Notes under the pieces: generated by a model | What the model was told of the DNA's origin: nothing | The model's input: only the letters and a program-made list of their open reading frames with translations | The model's database searches: none | Source: a virus | Taxonomy: Duplodnaviria > Caudoviricetes | Virus record (IMG/VR): IMGVR_UViG_3300031237_000022 | Location: 1 to 33,998 of that record | Strand: one strand, 5' to 3' | DNA: 33,998 nt | Shown here: positions 25,896-33,998 of the stretch, one piece after another | How the letters are laid out: the number at the start of each line of letters is the position of its first letter | Numbering within the stretch: the first letter of the stretch is position 1 | Program-made: the position numbers and the translations under genes

Positions 25896-26215
25896 AGCTG
25901 TTCTACCTTGCGAGTGAAAAATTTCTTGGCAGCGGCGCGAGTCCCCTCAACCCCAAGCAAACCGATTACCCCACCGAAGAACGGTGCGGTTGAGACGGGG
26001 ATGCCGAGCAGCGCCAGGCCATGACTGGCGGCCAGTGCCAGGGCACCACAAAGGGGGGCCTCGACGGCCATCCGCCGCAAGGTGCCGCCGCCATACATGA
26101 TCCGTAGCGCTGCGATGGTCAGACCCAGGATCCCCGCATAAAGGGCAGGCCAGTTTTGTTCGAGCCAGGCGGCGAGCCAGGCCCAGGTGTCGGGACGTTC
26201 AGGCATGCGCTTCAT
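25892..26215 (-). CDS. Holin, lambda S-like family
   Basis: Three hydrophobic segments, EAPLCG, FFGGVIGLLGVE, basic C-terminus; directly upstream of the endolysin. Confidence 0.88.
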   Translation of the reverse strand: MKRMPERPDTWAWLAAWLEQNWPALYAGILGLTIAALRIMYGGGTLRRMAVEAPLCGALALAASHGLALLGIPVSTAPFFGGVIGLLGVEGTRAAAKKFFTRKVEQL

Positions 26216-26260
26216 TCCGTAATCCAGGGTTGGTGGGTTCGTGGGCTCGTTGCAGGTTGA

Positions 26261-26473
26261 TCAGTCCCATAGGTTCACCATTTGCCGCTGTGGCGCAGCC
26301 GTCTGGGCTTCGGGCAACTGCACGGCCAAGCCTTGGGGAAGGATCGGTCCGTAGTCGGCCAGGCCGGGGTTGGCTTCGAGTACCGCTTCGGTTACGCCAG
26401 CGGTGCGGCCGTAGTGACGCCAGCACAACGCGTCAACGGTGTCGTTTTGAAAGGCTCGGACGGTGACAGGCAT
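26261..26473 (-). CDS. gpX: Tail protein X, P2 gpX
   Basis: QNDTVDALCWRHYGRTAGVTEAVLEANPGLA...VNLWD. Confidence 0.95.
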   Translation of the reverse strand: MPVTVRAFQNDTVDALCWRHYGRTAGVTEAVLEANPGLADYGPILPQGLAVQLPEAQTAAPQRQMVNLWD

Positions 26474-26934
26474 CAGATCAGCTCTACGGTGGTGCGGTTG
26501 ATGCCGAGGAAGTCACGCACGGCCCAGCGCAGGTCGCGGCGGTAATCGTCGATGTTTGGCGTGAGATCTTCGGCGTTCTGGTTGCCACTGTTGGTGCTGT
26601 CGTAGGAGCGATAGCGCTCACACACCTCGGCGCCGGTGGCGGCTTCGATGGCGCGGCGGTAGAGGTGTACTAGGACAGATACGTCGTTAATTTTTTCGCC
26701 GGGAACGTCTGCCAGTTCGGCATGGCCTGCGGCCTGCTGGATGGCGCGCCATCCGCTCAGCTCTCGGTTGACGCTGATGGCGGCGGCAACGGCGGCGGTT
26801 TCCAAACGCGGCGCGGTGACGCTGGCATCGATCCGCAGGGTGGCTCGCAGCTCGTCGAGATCAATCGAGGGCCAGAAGGCGTCGGTGTTGATATGGCCGC
26901 TGGCGACGGGGCCGCTGGCTACGAATCCACTCAT
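26473..26934 (-). CDS. gpL: Head completion/stabilisation protein, P2 gpL
   Basis: FWPSIDL...RID..VT..RL...YRRA...ERYRSYD.T...RWAVRD.LG..R.TVELI. Confidence 0.93.
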   Translation of the reverse strand: MSGFVASGPVASGHINTDAFWPSIDLDELRATLRIDASVTAPRLETAAVAAAISVNRELSGWRAIQQAAGHAELADVPGEKINDVSVLVHLYRRAIEAATGAEVCERYRSYDSTNSGNQNAEDLTPNIDDYRRDLRWAVRDFLGINRTTVELI

Positions 26935-27038
26935 GGAACAGCACTCAAAAATAGGTCGCCGGTGGTCGGGGCTTCACGTTCAGGAGGAGCGGCCTGGCCG
27001 ATCCGCCCCGAGCCGGCGGGGTGCGTGGGGACGCTCGG

Positions 27039-27737
27039 TTAGCCGGCAGGGCCGGCAAGTTTGTTGAGCAGGCGTTCGGCCCGCTCCAGATCTTTCTTGC
27101 CACCGCAGGCGTCATGCAGGGCGATGGCTTTTTTCAGTAGATCCACACCGGCCTGAAGCTGGCCGGGTTGTCCTGGGGCCTCTTCGGTGATGCCTTCCAG
27201 CGTGGCGCGGCCCATGGCGAGAAACAGCTTGGCACGGGCCTGGTCGGGCATGTCTTCGGCGTCGGTGAGTTCGGCGGTGCGGTGCAGGATTGCCAGGTCG
27301 AACGGTTCGCCAACCTTCTGAGCCTTGAATGCTGCCGTGGCGACTTCCTCGGCGACCAGGCAGCCCAAGGTGCGGGCGAAGCGGTCGGGCATGACCATCT
27401 TGTGTTCCAGCACGTAGGTCGCGATGTCGAGCCCACCGGTGAAGTCGCCGGCGTCGAAGCGCCAGACCATGACGGTGGTCAGTACCTCGTCCTGCGCTCC
27501 CTGGCCGCCTTCCAGCACACCTTGCACATAGGATTCGTAACTCGGCAGCAATTGGCGCTTGAGTTCGGCCTTGCCCTGGTTGGACTGGACCTGTTTCAGG
27601 CGCAGGCGATCTTGCAACAGTTGGTTGAGCTGGTGTTCGTAGGCTGTAGCGCCGGCCATGGTTTGGGTGGGCTCGGTCGCTGCCGCCTCAATGGCGGCGG
27701 TGACACGTTCAAAGTGGCGGCGGCAGGGGTTGCTCAT
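27039..27737 (-). CDS. gpM: Terminase small/endonuclease subunit, P2 gpM
   Basis: D..RLKQVQS..GKAELKR.LLP.Y, QDEVL.TVMVW.FDAGD, DMPDQARAKL, GGKKD. Confidence 0.93.
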   Translation of the reverse strand: MSNPCRRHFERVTAAIEAAATEPTQTMAGATAYEHQLNQLLQDRLRLKQVQSNQGKAELKRQLLPSYESYVQGVLEGGQGAQDEVLTTVMVWRFDAGDFTGGLDIATYVLEHKMVMPDRFARTLGCLVAEEVATAAFKAQKVGEPFDLAILHRTAELTDAEDMPDQARAKLFLAMGRATLEGITEEAPGQPGQLQAGVDLLKKAIALHDACGGKKDLERAERLLNKLAGPAG

Positions 27738-27747
27738 GATGGCCGCC

Positions 27748-28755
27748 TCAGTTCAGGGTAATGTTTTCGGCCATGGCCGCGCAGCCCAGGTCTTCGATGA
27801 CGTAGCTTTCGTTCACCGATTCGTAGTTCTCGATGCGGTCGCGCTTGGCGTTGTCCACAACGGTGCGGCGGCGAGTACCTTCCTGCCAGTACAACGACAG
27901 GTTATCCAGGCGGGTCACCAGCAGGCCGTTGGCCGGGAAGTGCGGCACGCGAACCGCCGGCAGGTTGCCGAGCCGTTTTTGACTGGTGACGATGTCGGCC
28001 GCCAGCATTTCGGTCGGCGCCTGGACCTTGTTGATGATCGGGAAGTACTTGTCGGCCAGCAGCTGGCGACCGCAGATGACCACTAGTTCGGTGTCCTCCT
28101 GATACCAAGGCTCGATGAACTCGTTGACCATGCTGACGACCAGGGCGTCGATGTTTTCGAAGTCCTTGCCGGCGCCGATTTCGATTTTGCCGCTGCCGGC
28201 CACCACCTCATCCAGAACCCGGGCAGGGTTCTCCAGGCGCATCTTCTGAAGCCAGCCGATGTTGACGTCCTGCAACAGCGGGTTGGTGACCGGGTTGGAT
28301 GTCGCGGCGCGGCTGATGCCGTTCCAGCCAATCATGATCCGGTTGAGGGCCTGGGCTTTGATGATGGCGTCGCGGATGCGTGCCTGGAAGTCCTTGAACT
28401 TGGCCCACTGGTCCAGCTTCTGATAGCGCAGACCGGTATCGAAGTTGGTTTGGGTGCAGGTGTACCCACGGTCGTCCAGGCCGCTTGGATCGCGTGGTTC
28501 GCGGTCTTTGACGGTGGTGTCGGTGGTGCTGGCGATGGTGCCGTCGATGCCGATGCCAATCTTTTCACCCGATTGTTCCTGGACGCCATAGACGTTGATG
28601 GCGCTGAGGAAGGTGCTGGATTCCTGAATGCGGGTTTCCAACGTTTGGGCGACGCTTGGGTTCGCGGTGAATTTAGTGGTGACGTCAGTCACCCCATGCA
28701 GTTGCGCCAGTTGTTGCAGGTAGGCGTTGAACAGTACTCGGGTGTCGTTACGCAT
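27748..28755 (-). CDS. gpN: Major capsid protein, P2 gpN
   Basis: MRNDTRVLFNAY, QTNFDT, LDQWAKF.DFQ.R, NPLLQDVNIGWLQK, LDNLSLYWQ. Confidence 0.96.
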   Translation of the reverse strand: MRNDTRVLFNAYLQQLAQLHGVTDVTTKFTANPSVAQTLETRIQESSTFLSAINVYGVQEQSGEKIGIGIDGTIASTTDTTVKDREPRDPSGLDDRGYTCTQTNFDTGLRYQKLDQWAKFKDFQARIRDAIIKAQALNRIMIGWNGISRAATSNPVTNPLLQDVNIGWLQKMRLENPARVLDEVVAGSGKIEIGAGKDFENIDALVVSMVNEFIEPWYQEDTELVVICGRQLLADKYFPIINKVQAPTEMLAADIVTSQKRLGNLPAVRVPHFPANGLLVTRLDNLSLYWQEGTRRRTVVDNAKRDRIENYESVNESYVIEDLGCAAMAENITLN

Positions 28756-28797
28756 GTTGATCGTCCTTCATGATTCGGGCTGTGGTTGGGCTGACTG

Positions 28798-29628
28798 TCA
28801 GCAGTCGGTCACGACCAAGTCATTGCCGCCGGTTACAGGCGGGCGCGTTTTCTGGCTGTGGTCCTGGGTGGTAGAGAGCTTGTTTTTCAGCTCCGTGAGT
28901 TCCGTGCTGACTTGGTCGAGCTGGGTTTTCAGCCCCGCCGAGAATTTCTTTTCGGCGGCCAGTTGGTCGGGTAGATCCTTGACGTGTTCGGCGATGGCTT
29001 CGACGGCTTCGCCGATCTGGGCGAACTCGGTATCGTCCTTGGCCTGCTTGCCGGTCAGCAGCGCTTGCACCTTGTTGAACAACTGGGCGCCGATGCTGGG
29101 CTTCTCTTCGATTTCCTCGAATTTCAACTCGGTTTCCACCGCCTCGGTAAACATCGACGTTGCCGAGTAGTGGCGATCCTTGAAGGGGCTGGCGTCCGGT
29201 TTCTGGGCTGAGAACGCCAGGACGTCGGTGCCCAGGCTGGCGGGCGAGTCAGTGACCGCCAGGCCGACGATGTAGGCTTCGCCGGTGTCGGCAAAGCTGT
29301 CGTCGATTTCGATGGAGGTGTAAATCTTCTGTTTCGCCTTGTTCATGGCGATCAGCTCAGGGGTGGGCTCAACCTGGGCGAACAGGGCCAGTTTTTTCTG
29401 GCCGTTGATGTCCACCTCTTCGGTTTTCACTGCCAGGACATCGCCGTAGGCCTTGAACGGGCTATCGGGCAACAGGCTGCGGAAATGCTCCAGCCAAATA
29501 CGGGCGCCGTAGGTGGACGGGTTGAAGTTCTTGGCGGCCTGTTCCAGCCAGCTGCGTTTGATGGTGCGCTTGTCCGAAGTAGCGCCCTCGACGGCGACGC
29601 GGAACCAGTTGCTGCGAAACTTCTTCAT
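28798..29628 (-). CDS. gpO: Capsid scaffolding protein/protease, P2 gpO
   Basis: WFRVAVEGATSD.R.I, YGARIWLEH, QKIYTSIE, YIVGLAVTDSPASLGT, C-terminal TDC. Start trimmed to ATG 29628. Confidence 0.94.
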   Translation of the reverse strand: MKKFRSNWFRVAVEGATSDKRTIKRSWLEQAAKNFNPSTYGARIWLEHFRSLLPDSPFKAYGDVLAVKTEEVDINGQKKLALFAQVEPTPELIAMNKAKQKIYTSIEIDDSFADTGEAYIVGLAVTDSPASLGTDVLAFSAQKPDASPFKDRHYSATSMFTEAVETELKFEEIEEKPSIGAQLFNKVQALLTGKQAKDDTEFAQIGEAVEAIAEHVKDLPDQLAAEKKFSAGLKTQLDQVSTELTELKNKLSTTQDHSQKTRPPVTGGNDLVVTDC

Positions 29629-29694
29629 GCCGGGAATCCTCAGTGCGTGGGGCGCCTGCTGGGTTGAGCAGTGCGTTGCAATGAGGGGCATGGT

Positions 29695-29749
29695 CGTCAC
29701 GGGCGCGAGCGGCGGCAACGAGGCGGGACTGTAGGCGGGGAGGGTACAA
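29695..29749. promoter_or_regulatory. Ogr-dependent divergent late promoter region (O/P)
   Basis: CTGTAG-N9-GTACAA at 29729-29749 between the divergent gpO and gpP starts. Confidence 0.75.
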
Positions 29750-29795
29750 GGGGCAGCGCTATTGAGTCGTCGCCATGGGCGGCAGCATCTCGGCC

Positions 29796-31556
29796 ATGAC
29801 GACGACCTGCCTGCTGCCTATCGATCCACGACGCCAATCCAAGTTCCTGTACTGGATGGGTTGGCGCATCTGCGAGATTGCCGAGGCTACGGGCGAAAAG
29901 GAAAAAACGCTACACAGCTGGAAGGCCCGCGACGAGTGGGACCGGGCCGACAACGTCGAGCGCATCGGCGGCGCCCTGGAAGCGCGCTTGGTGCAGTTAA
30001 TCCTCAAGGACAACAAGACCGGCGGCGATTTTAAAGAGATCGATCTGCTGCATCGCCAGCTTGAGCGCCAGGCCCGTATTCAGCGTTTCCAGGGCGGCGG
30101 CACCGAAACCGACCTCAACCCGAACCTCGCCAAGCGCAACGAGGGACCGAAGAAAAAATCCCCGAAGAACGACATCAGCGAAGACCAGATCGAGCTGCTG
30201 CGCGAGGCGTTCATCGACGGCTGTTTCGACTACCAAAAAGACTGGTACCGGGCGGGCAACCAGCGCACCCGCGTCATCCTCAAGAGTCGGCAGATCGGCG
30301 CCACGTATTACTTTGCTCGCGAGGCGTTTATCGACGCCCTGGACACCGGTCGCAACCAGATTTTTCTGTCGGCTTCGAAGAACCAGGCCTACCTGTTCCG
30401 TGGCTATATCCAGGCCTTCGCCCGGGAAGTTATCGGCGTCGAGCTGACCGGTGACCCGATTGTGCTGCCCAACGGTGCCGAGCTGTTTTTCCTCGGGACA
30501 AACGCCCGCACCGCCCAGGGCTATCACGGCAATTTCTACTTCGACGAATTCTTCTGGACGTTCAAGTTCGAGGAGTTGAACAAGGTCGCCTCGGGCATGG
30601 CGATGCACAAGAAGTGGCGCAAAACCTATTTCTCCACGCCGTCGAGCATGGCCCACGAGGCCTACACCTTCTGGACGGGCGAACGCTTCAACAAGGGCAA
30701 ACCCGCCGCGCAGCACACCAAAGTAGATGTGTCCCACGGCGCGCTCCAGCAGGGCCGGTTTTGTGAGGACAGGCTATGGCGCCAGATCGTTACGATCCTC
30801 GACGCCGAGCGGGGCGGGTGCGATCTGTTCGACATCGAAGAGTTGCGCCGGGAGTACAGCCCCGAGGCCTTCGCCAACCTGCTGATGTGCGAGTTCGTCG
30901 ATGACGGCGCGAGCATCTTCCCGCTGTCGGTGTTGCAGTCCTGCATGGTCGATAGCTGGGTGGAGTGGGCCGAGGACTACAAACCTTTCGCCATGCGCCC
31001 GTTCGGCGACCGTCAGGTATGGGTCGGCTATGACCCGGCCGAGACGGGCGATTGTTCCGGCCTGGTGGTGGTCGCGCCGCCCCTGGTGCCCGGCGGCAAG
31101 TTCCGCGTGCTCGAGCGCCACCAATTTCGCGGCATGGACTTTGCCGCCCAGGCCGCGGCCATCAAGGGCGTGTGCGACCGCTACTGGGTCACCTACATCG
31201 GTATCGACGTCACCGGCCTTGGCAGCGGCGTGGCCCAGCTGGTGCGCCAGTTCTTCCCGGCTGTGACTACTTTCAGCTACTCGCCCGAGGTGAAAACCCG
31301 CTTAGTGCTGAAGGCCTACGACGTGATCCACAAGGGCCGGCTGGAATTCGATGCTGGCTGGACCGACATGGCCCAGTCGCTCATGGCGATTCGCAAAACC
31401 ATCACCGCAGGCGGTCGCCAGTTCACCTACACCGCCGGCCGCAACGACAACACCGGCCATGCCGACCTGGCCTGGGCGCTATTTCACGCATTGCACAACG
31501 AACCGCTCGAAGGGCAGACCACTGCCAATACCGGGCGAATGGAGATTTTCACATGA
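29796..31556 (+). CDS. gpP: Terminase large (ATPase) subunit, P2 gpP
   Basis: ILKSRQIGATYYFAREA, NQIFLSASK.QA, YFDEFFW, TYFSTPS, GHADLAWA. Confidence 0.96.
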   Translation: MTTTCLLPIDPRRQSKFLYWMGWRICEIAEATGEKEKTLHSWKARDEWDRADNVERIGGALEARLVQLILKDNKTGGDFKEIDLLHRQLERQARIQRFQGGGTETDLNPNLAKRNEGPKKKSPKNDISEDQIELLREAFIDGCFDYQKDWYRAGNQRTRVILKSRQIGATYYFAREAFIDALDTGRNQIFLSASKNQAYLFRGYIQAFAREVIGVELTGDPIVLPNGAELFFLGTNARTAQGYHGNFYFDEFFWTFKFEELNKVASGMAMHKKWRKTYFSTPSSMAHEAYTFWTGERFNKGKPAAQHTKVDVSHGALQQGRFCEDRLWRQIVTILDAERGGCDLFDIEELRREYSPEAFANLLMCEFVDDGASIFPLSVLQSCMVDSWVEWAEDYKPFAMRPFGDRQVWVGYDPAETGDCSGLVVVAPPLVPGGKFRVLERHQFRGMDFAAQAAAIKGVCDRYWVTYIGIDVTGLGSGVAQLVRQFFPAVTTFSYSPEVKTRLVLKAYDVIHKGRLEFDAGWTDMAQSLMAIRKTITAGGRQFTYTAGRNDNTGHADLAWALFHALHNEPLEGQTTANTGRMEIFT

Positions 31557-32584
31557 CCGAACAACTCGCCAGCCAAGAGCTACTGCCGGCCACCCTCGAC
31601 GCCGCTCATGCGGGCACCCAGGTGTTCAGCTTCGGGGAGCCGACACCGGTGTTGGGTGGTCGGGAGGTGTTCGACTACCTGGAGTGCTGGTTCAATGGGC
31701 GGTGGTATGAGCCGCCGTTGTCGCTTAACGGCTTGGCCCGATCGGTGGGGGCGAGCGTGCATTTGCATTCTGGGTTGATGTTCAAGCGCAACCTGTTGAG
31801 CAAAACGTTTATCCCGCATCCGATGCTGTCGCGGGCGGCTTTTGAACAGTTCGCCCTGGATTTCCTGTGCCTGGGCAATGGGTACCTGGAGAAACGCCGT
31901 TCAGTACTGGGTAACACACGGCAACTGGTGCCGTCGTTGGCGAAGTACATACGGGTTGGGCCGGAGGGGCAGTTCTACCAGGTGCAGGGGTGGAAGAACG
32001 AGCACGCGTTTGAGCCGGGGAGCATTTTTCATCTGCGTGAGGCGGATTTGCATCAGGAGATTTATGGGCTGCCTGAGTGGATCAGTGCGTTGCAATCGGC
32101 GCTTCTCAACGAATCGGCAACGCTGTTCCGGCGCAAGTATTACGAAAATGGCAGTCATGCGGGGTTCATTCTGTATATGACGGATGCGGCGCAGACTGAG
32201 GCCGATATCGACGCTTTGCGTAAAGCGTTGAAGGAATCCAAGGGACCGGGAAATTTTCGGAATCTGTTTGTGTATTCGCCGACGGGGAAGAAGGATGGGA
32301 TTCAGCTGATCCCGGTCAGCGAGGTGGCGGCCAAGGATGAATTCAATTCGATCAAGAATCAGACCCGTGATGATGTGTTGGCAAGTCTGCGTATTCCACC
32401 GCAGTTGATGGGGATCGTGCCACAAAACGCGGGAGGGTTTGGCTCAGTCCGCGATGCAGCAGAGACGTGGATAGCTAACGAATTGGAGCCGATTCAAGCA
32501 CGAATGTCCCAGTTAAATTCATGGCTGGGACTTGATGTGATCCGTTTTGATAATCACACAGCAGGAGGTTGGGCCGGGTCCTGA
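31553..32584 (+). CDS. gpQ: Portal protein, P2 gpQ (PBSX family)
   Basis: FSFGEP, WYEPPLS, QEIYGLPE, LLNESATLFRRKYYENGSHAGFI, KGPGNFRNLF. ATG 31553 overlaps the gpP stop (ATGA). Confidence 0.95.
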   Translation: MTEQLASQELLPATLDAAHAGTQVFSFGEPTPVLGGREVFDYLECWFNGRWYEPPLSLNGLARSVGASVHLHSGLMFKRNLLSKTFIPHPMLSRAAFEQFALDFLCLGNGYLEKRRSVLGNTRQLVPSLAKYIRVGPEGQFYQVQGWKNEHAFEPGSIFHLREADLHQEIYGLPEWISALQSALLNESATLFRRKYYENGSHAGFILYMTDAAQTEADIDALRKALKESKGPGNFRNLFVYSPTGKKDGIQLIPVSEVAAKDEFNSIKNQTRDDVLASLRIPPQLMGIVPQNAGGFGSVRDAAETWIANELEPIQARMSQLNSWLGLDVIRFDNHTAGGWAGS

Positions 32585-33267
32585 GATGCCTTTTTAAGAG
32601 CATCTTTTTCAGCAGCTAGAGCTTTGATTTTGGCCATCTTTTCTTGCCGCTGATGACGTTTTACGTACCATTCCTCAAGCAATATTTCTAATAGCTGAAC
32701 TAGTAGCTCGGCTTCGTTCGCATCAACATCTATTATGGTGTTGATGTCTTTTTCCATGTGGGCGCCAATGTTTCCTAGCTTTCTCAGGGAATCAATCGCA
32801 TCATAAGTTTCTGGGTCTAATTTGTCAGCGATCTTATCGATTTCGAGGTACAGAGTTTTTTCTTGCACCCCCCAAAAATCTCTGATCATGCCTTGTAGGC
32901 AACGTCTAGAAAGAGTTGCTGAGGCCTTTGGAGACTTATCTAATATCAAACACGCTTCATTGTAGTCTTGAATGATTGCGTTTGGTATGTATGGTGGGAA
33001 AGGTCGTGCTGCGCTTAATGGAGCTAACTGCCAGGAGTTTCTTGGTAACCCTGGTATGCAGTTGCCACCTTTCCAAACTGCATCAAATAAGGAGGCTTTT
33101 AATGCCGCCTCTTTACATTCCTCGTTTGGGCATACAATTATTTCTATCTGAAATAGTTGGGCTTGATTCTTATATCCGTGGTCAAAATTAAATCTTCTGG
33201 TTTCGCTGTTTTCATCCGTGATTACGGAGTTGTGGTTGCAGAATGGGCATCGCCAATTAAAGCTCAT
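32554..33267 (-). CDS. Zn-ribbon + DUF4145/HEPN-like domain protein (moron)
   Basis: CPFC...CPNEEC; DYNEACLIL..SPKASATLSRRCLQGMIRDFW; R..GN.GAH (RKLGNIGAH); AT-rich. Confidence 0.82.
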   Translation of the reverse strand: MSFNWRCPFCNHNSVITDENSETRRFNFDHGYKNQAQLFQIEIIVCPNEECKEAALKASLFDAVWKGGNCIPGLPRNSWQLAPLSAARPFPPYIPNAIIQDYNEACLILDKSPKASATLSRRCLQGMIRDFWGVQEKTLYLEIDKIADKLDPETYDAIDSLRKLGNIGAHMEKDINTIIDVDANEAELLVQLLEILLEEWYVKRHQRQEKMAKIKALAAEKDALKKASQDPAQPPAV

Positions 33268-33558
33268 TTTAGAAAGATTCCTGTTGTGATGACTTATATT
33301 TTAGCTGTGATCGTTAGTTATAACAGTGCAATTTTGGTAGGGCTGAATCTTTAGCCTGTCCGTCATAAAACTGTGAAAGTTCCTACCAAGTACGGGGAGC
33401 GTATCACTTTCAGCGGAGGTCTTCATTGCCCTATTGGCTGCCATTAGGCGCAAATTAAGTGGCTGAATGGTCCTCGTCCGCAGTACGAAGGCGATGCATT
33501 CCTCCACCGGTCAGATTTTTCCCGCGGAAAATTGACCGGCATCCTTGTACAACGTTAA

Positions 33559-33574
33559 CTGTATGTTCGTACAG
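33559..33574. promoter_or_regulatory. LexA (SOS) box
   Basis: CTG-TATGTTCGTA-CAG (CTG-N10-CAG), flanked by A/T to give aCTGTA...TACAGt, 18 nt upstream of the umuD/rulA start. Confidence 0.9.
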
Positions 33575-33592
33575 TATTTTGGAACGTGCGTC

Positions 33593-33998
33593 ATGAGCTT
33601 TTCAATTCTAGGCCCAGTTGCCGAGGGTGGCTTGAAGCTGCCCTTGTGTTCGTTTCGAGTGCCCGCTGGGTTTCCATCTCCGGCGGCGGACCACATCGAA
33701 GCGCACATCTCATTGGATGAGGTTCTAAACATTCGCGCCCCGCATGTCTACCTGGTCTCAATCGCTGGGGAGAGCATGCAAGGCGCTGGTATTTTTGAAG
33801 GCGATCTCGCGGTGGTGGACCGCGCTTTGGAGCCTGCGCACGGTCACATCGTCGTAGCGCTGCTGAACAACGAGCCCGTATGCAAGCGGCTTTGCATTCG
33901 CGGCAGGGAGGTGATTCTCCTTTCGGAGAACCCAAAGTATCCACCGAGGTACGTGCTTGAGGGCGACGAGCTGGTGATCTGGGGCGTCATTACATGCA
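33593..33998 (+). CDS. umuD: UmuD/RulA-like S24 autopeptidase subunit of DNA polymerase V (truncated by window end)
   Basis: Manual translation MSFSILGPVAEGGLKLPLCSFRVPAGFPSPAADHIE...AGESMQGAGIFEGDLAVVDR...VCKRL...LSENPKY...WGVITC; Ala-Gly cleavage site, catalytic Ser and Lys, no HTH. Confidence 0.92.
   Translation, partial: MSFSILGPVAEGGLKLPLCSFRVPAGFPSPAADHIEAHISLDEVLNIRAPHVYLVSIAGESMQGAGIFEGDLAVVDRALEPAHGHIVVALLNNEPVCKRLCIRGREVILLSENPKYPPRYVLEGDELVIWGVITC

Larger units (their letters stand above)
170..33998. mobile_element. P2/phiCTX-like prophage integrated in dusA; left boundary approximate, right end not seen
   Basis: Integrase next to dusA 5' end, immunity switch, and the full P2-type gene set Q-P-O-N-M-L-X-holin-endolysin-lysB-lysC-R-S-V-W-J-I-H-G-FI-FII-E-E'-T-U-D. 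Confidence 0.93.

Noticed and set aside
24936-26024. 362-aa plus-strand ORF
   Set aside because: Antisense to the endolysin and holin; shadow ORF.
31052-31552. 167-aa N-terminal extension of the portal ORF
   Set aside because: Out-of-frame overlap with gpP, Arg/Pro-rich low-information sequence; ATG 31553 is coupled to the gpP stop.
33301-33507. 68-aa minus-strand ORF, or remnant of an SOS-associated peptidase gene divergent from umuD
   Set aside because: No recognisable motif (no MCGR start) and no clear support for coding.
32585-33592. P2-type cos site or right att site after the portal
   Set aside because: No GGCG(A/T)GGCGGGG-like cos core and no copy of the dusA 5' sequence found by eye; presumably beyond the window.

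Overview
Almost the whole window is a P2/phiCTX-like (Peduoviridae-type) temperate prophage, most likely in a Pseudomonas genome. It is integrated into the 5' end of the host dusA gene by a dusA-associated tyrosine integrase. Order: dusA 5' part (-), int (+), a leftward early operon (PrtN-like excisionase candidate, small ORFs, a 950-aa TOPRIM primase/helicase in place of P2 gpA, ogr, CII/YmfL-like, Ner/Cro-like), cI (+), an AT-rich 3-gene cargo, then a complete set of P2-type tail, baseplate, lysis, head and packaging genes. Two further AT-rich single-gene morons lie between V and S and after the portal. The window ends in a LexA-boxed umuD/rulA gene. No cos site or right att site was found, so the prophage probably continues past the window. 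The best candidates for undescribed biology are: (1) a lysogen-side cassette of a secreted protein, a DUF4747-like protein and a 4-TM protein (candidate anti-phage system); (2) an orphan moron at the P2 orf30 position; (3) a Zn-ribbon/HEPN (DUF4145-like) moron at the portal hotspot; (4) a thrice-repeated, covarying hairpin+RBS leader in front of early genes. Family names come from motif recall, not database searches.
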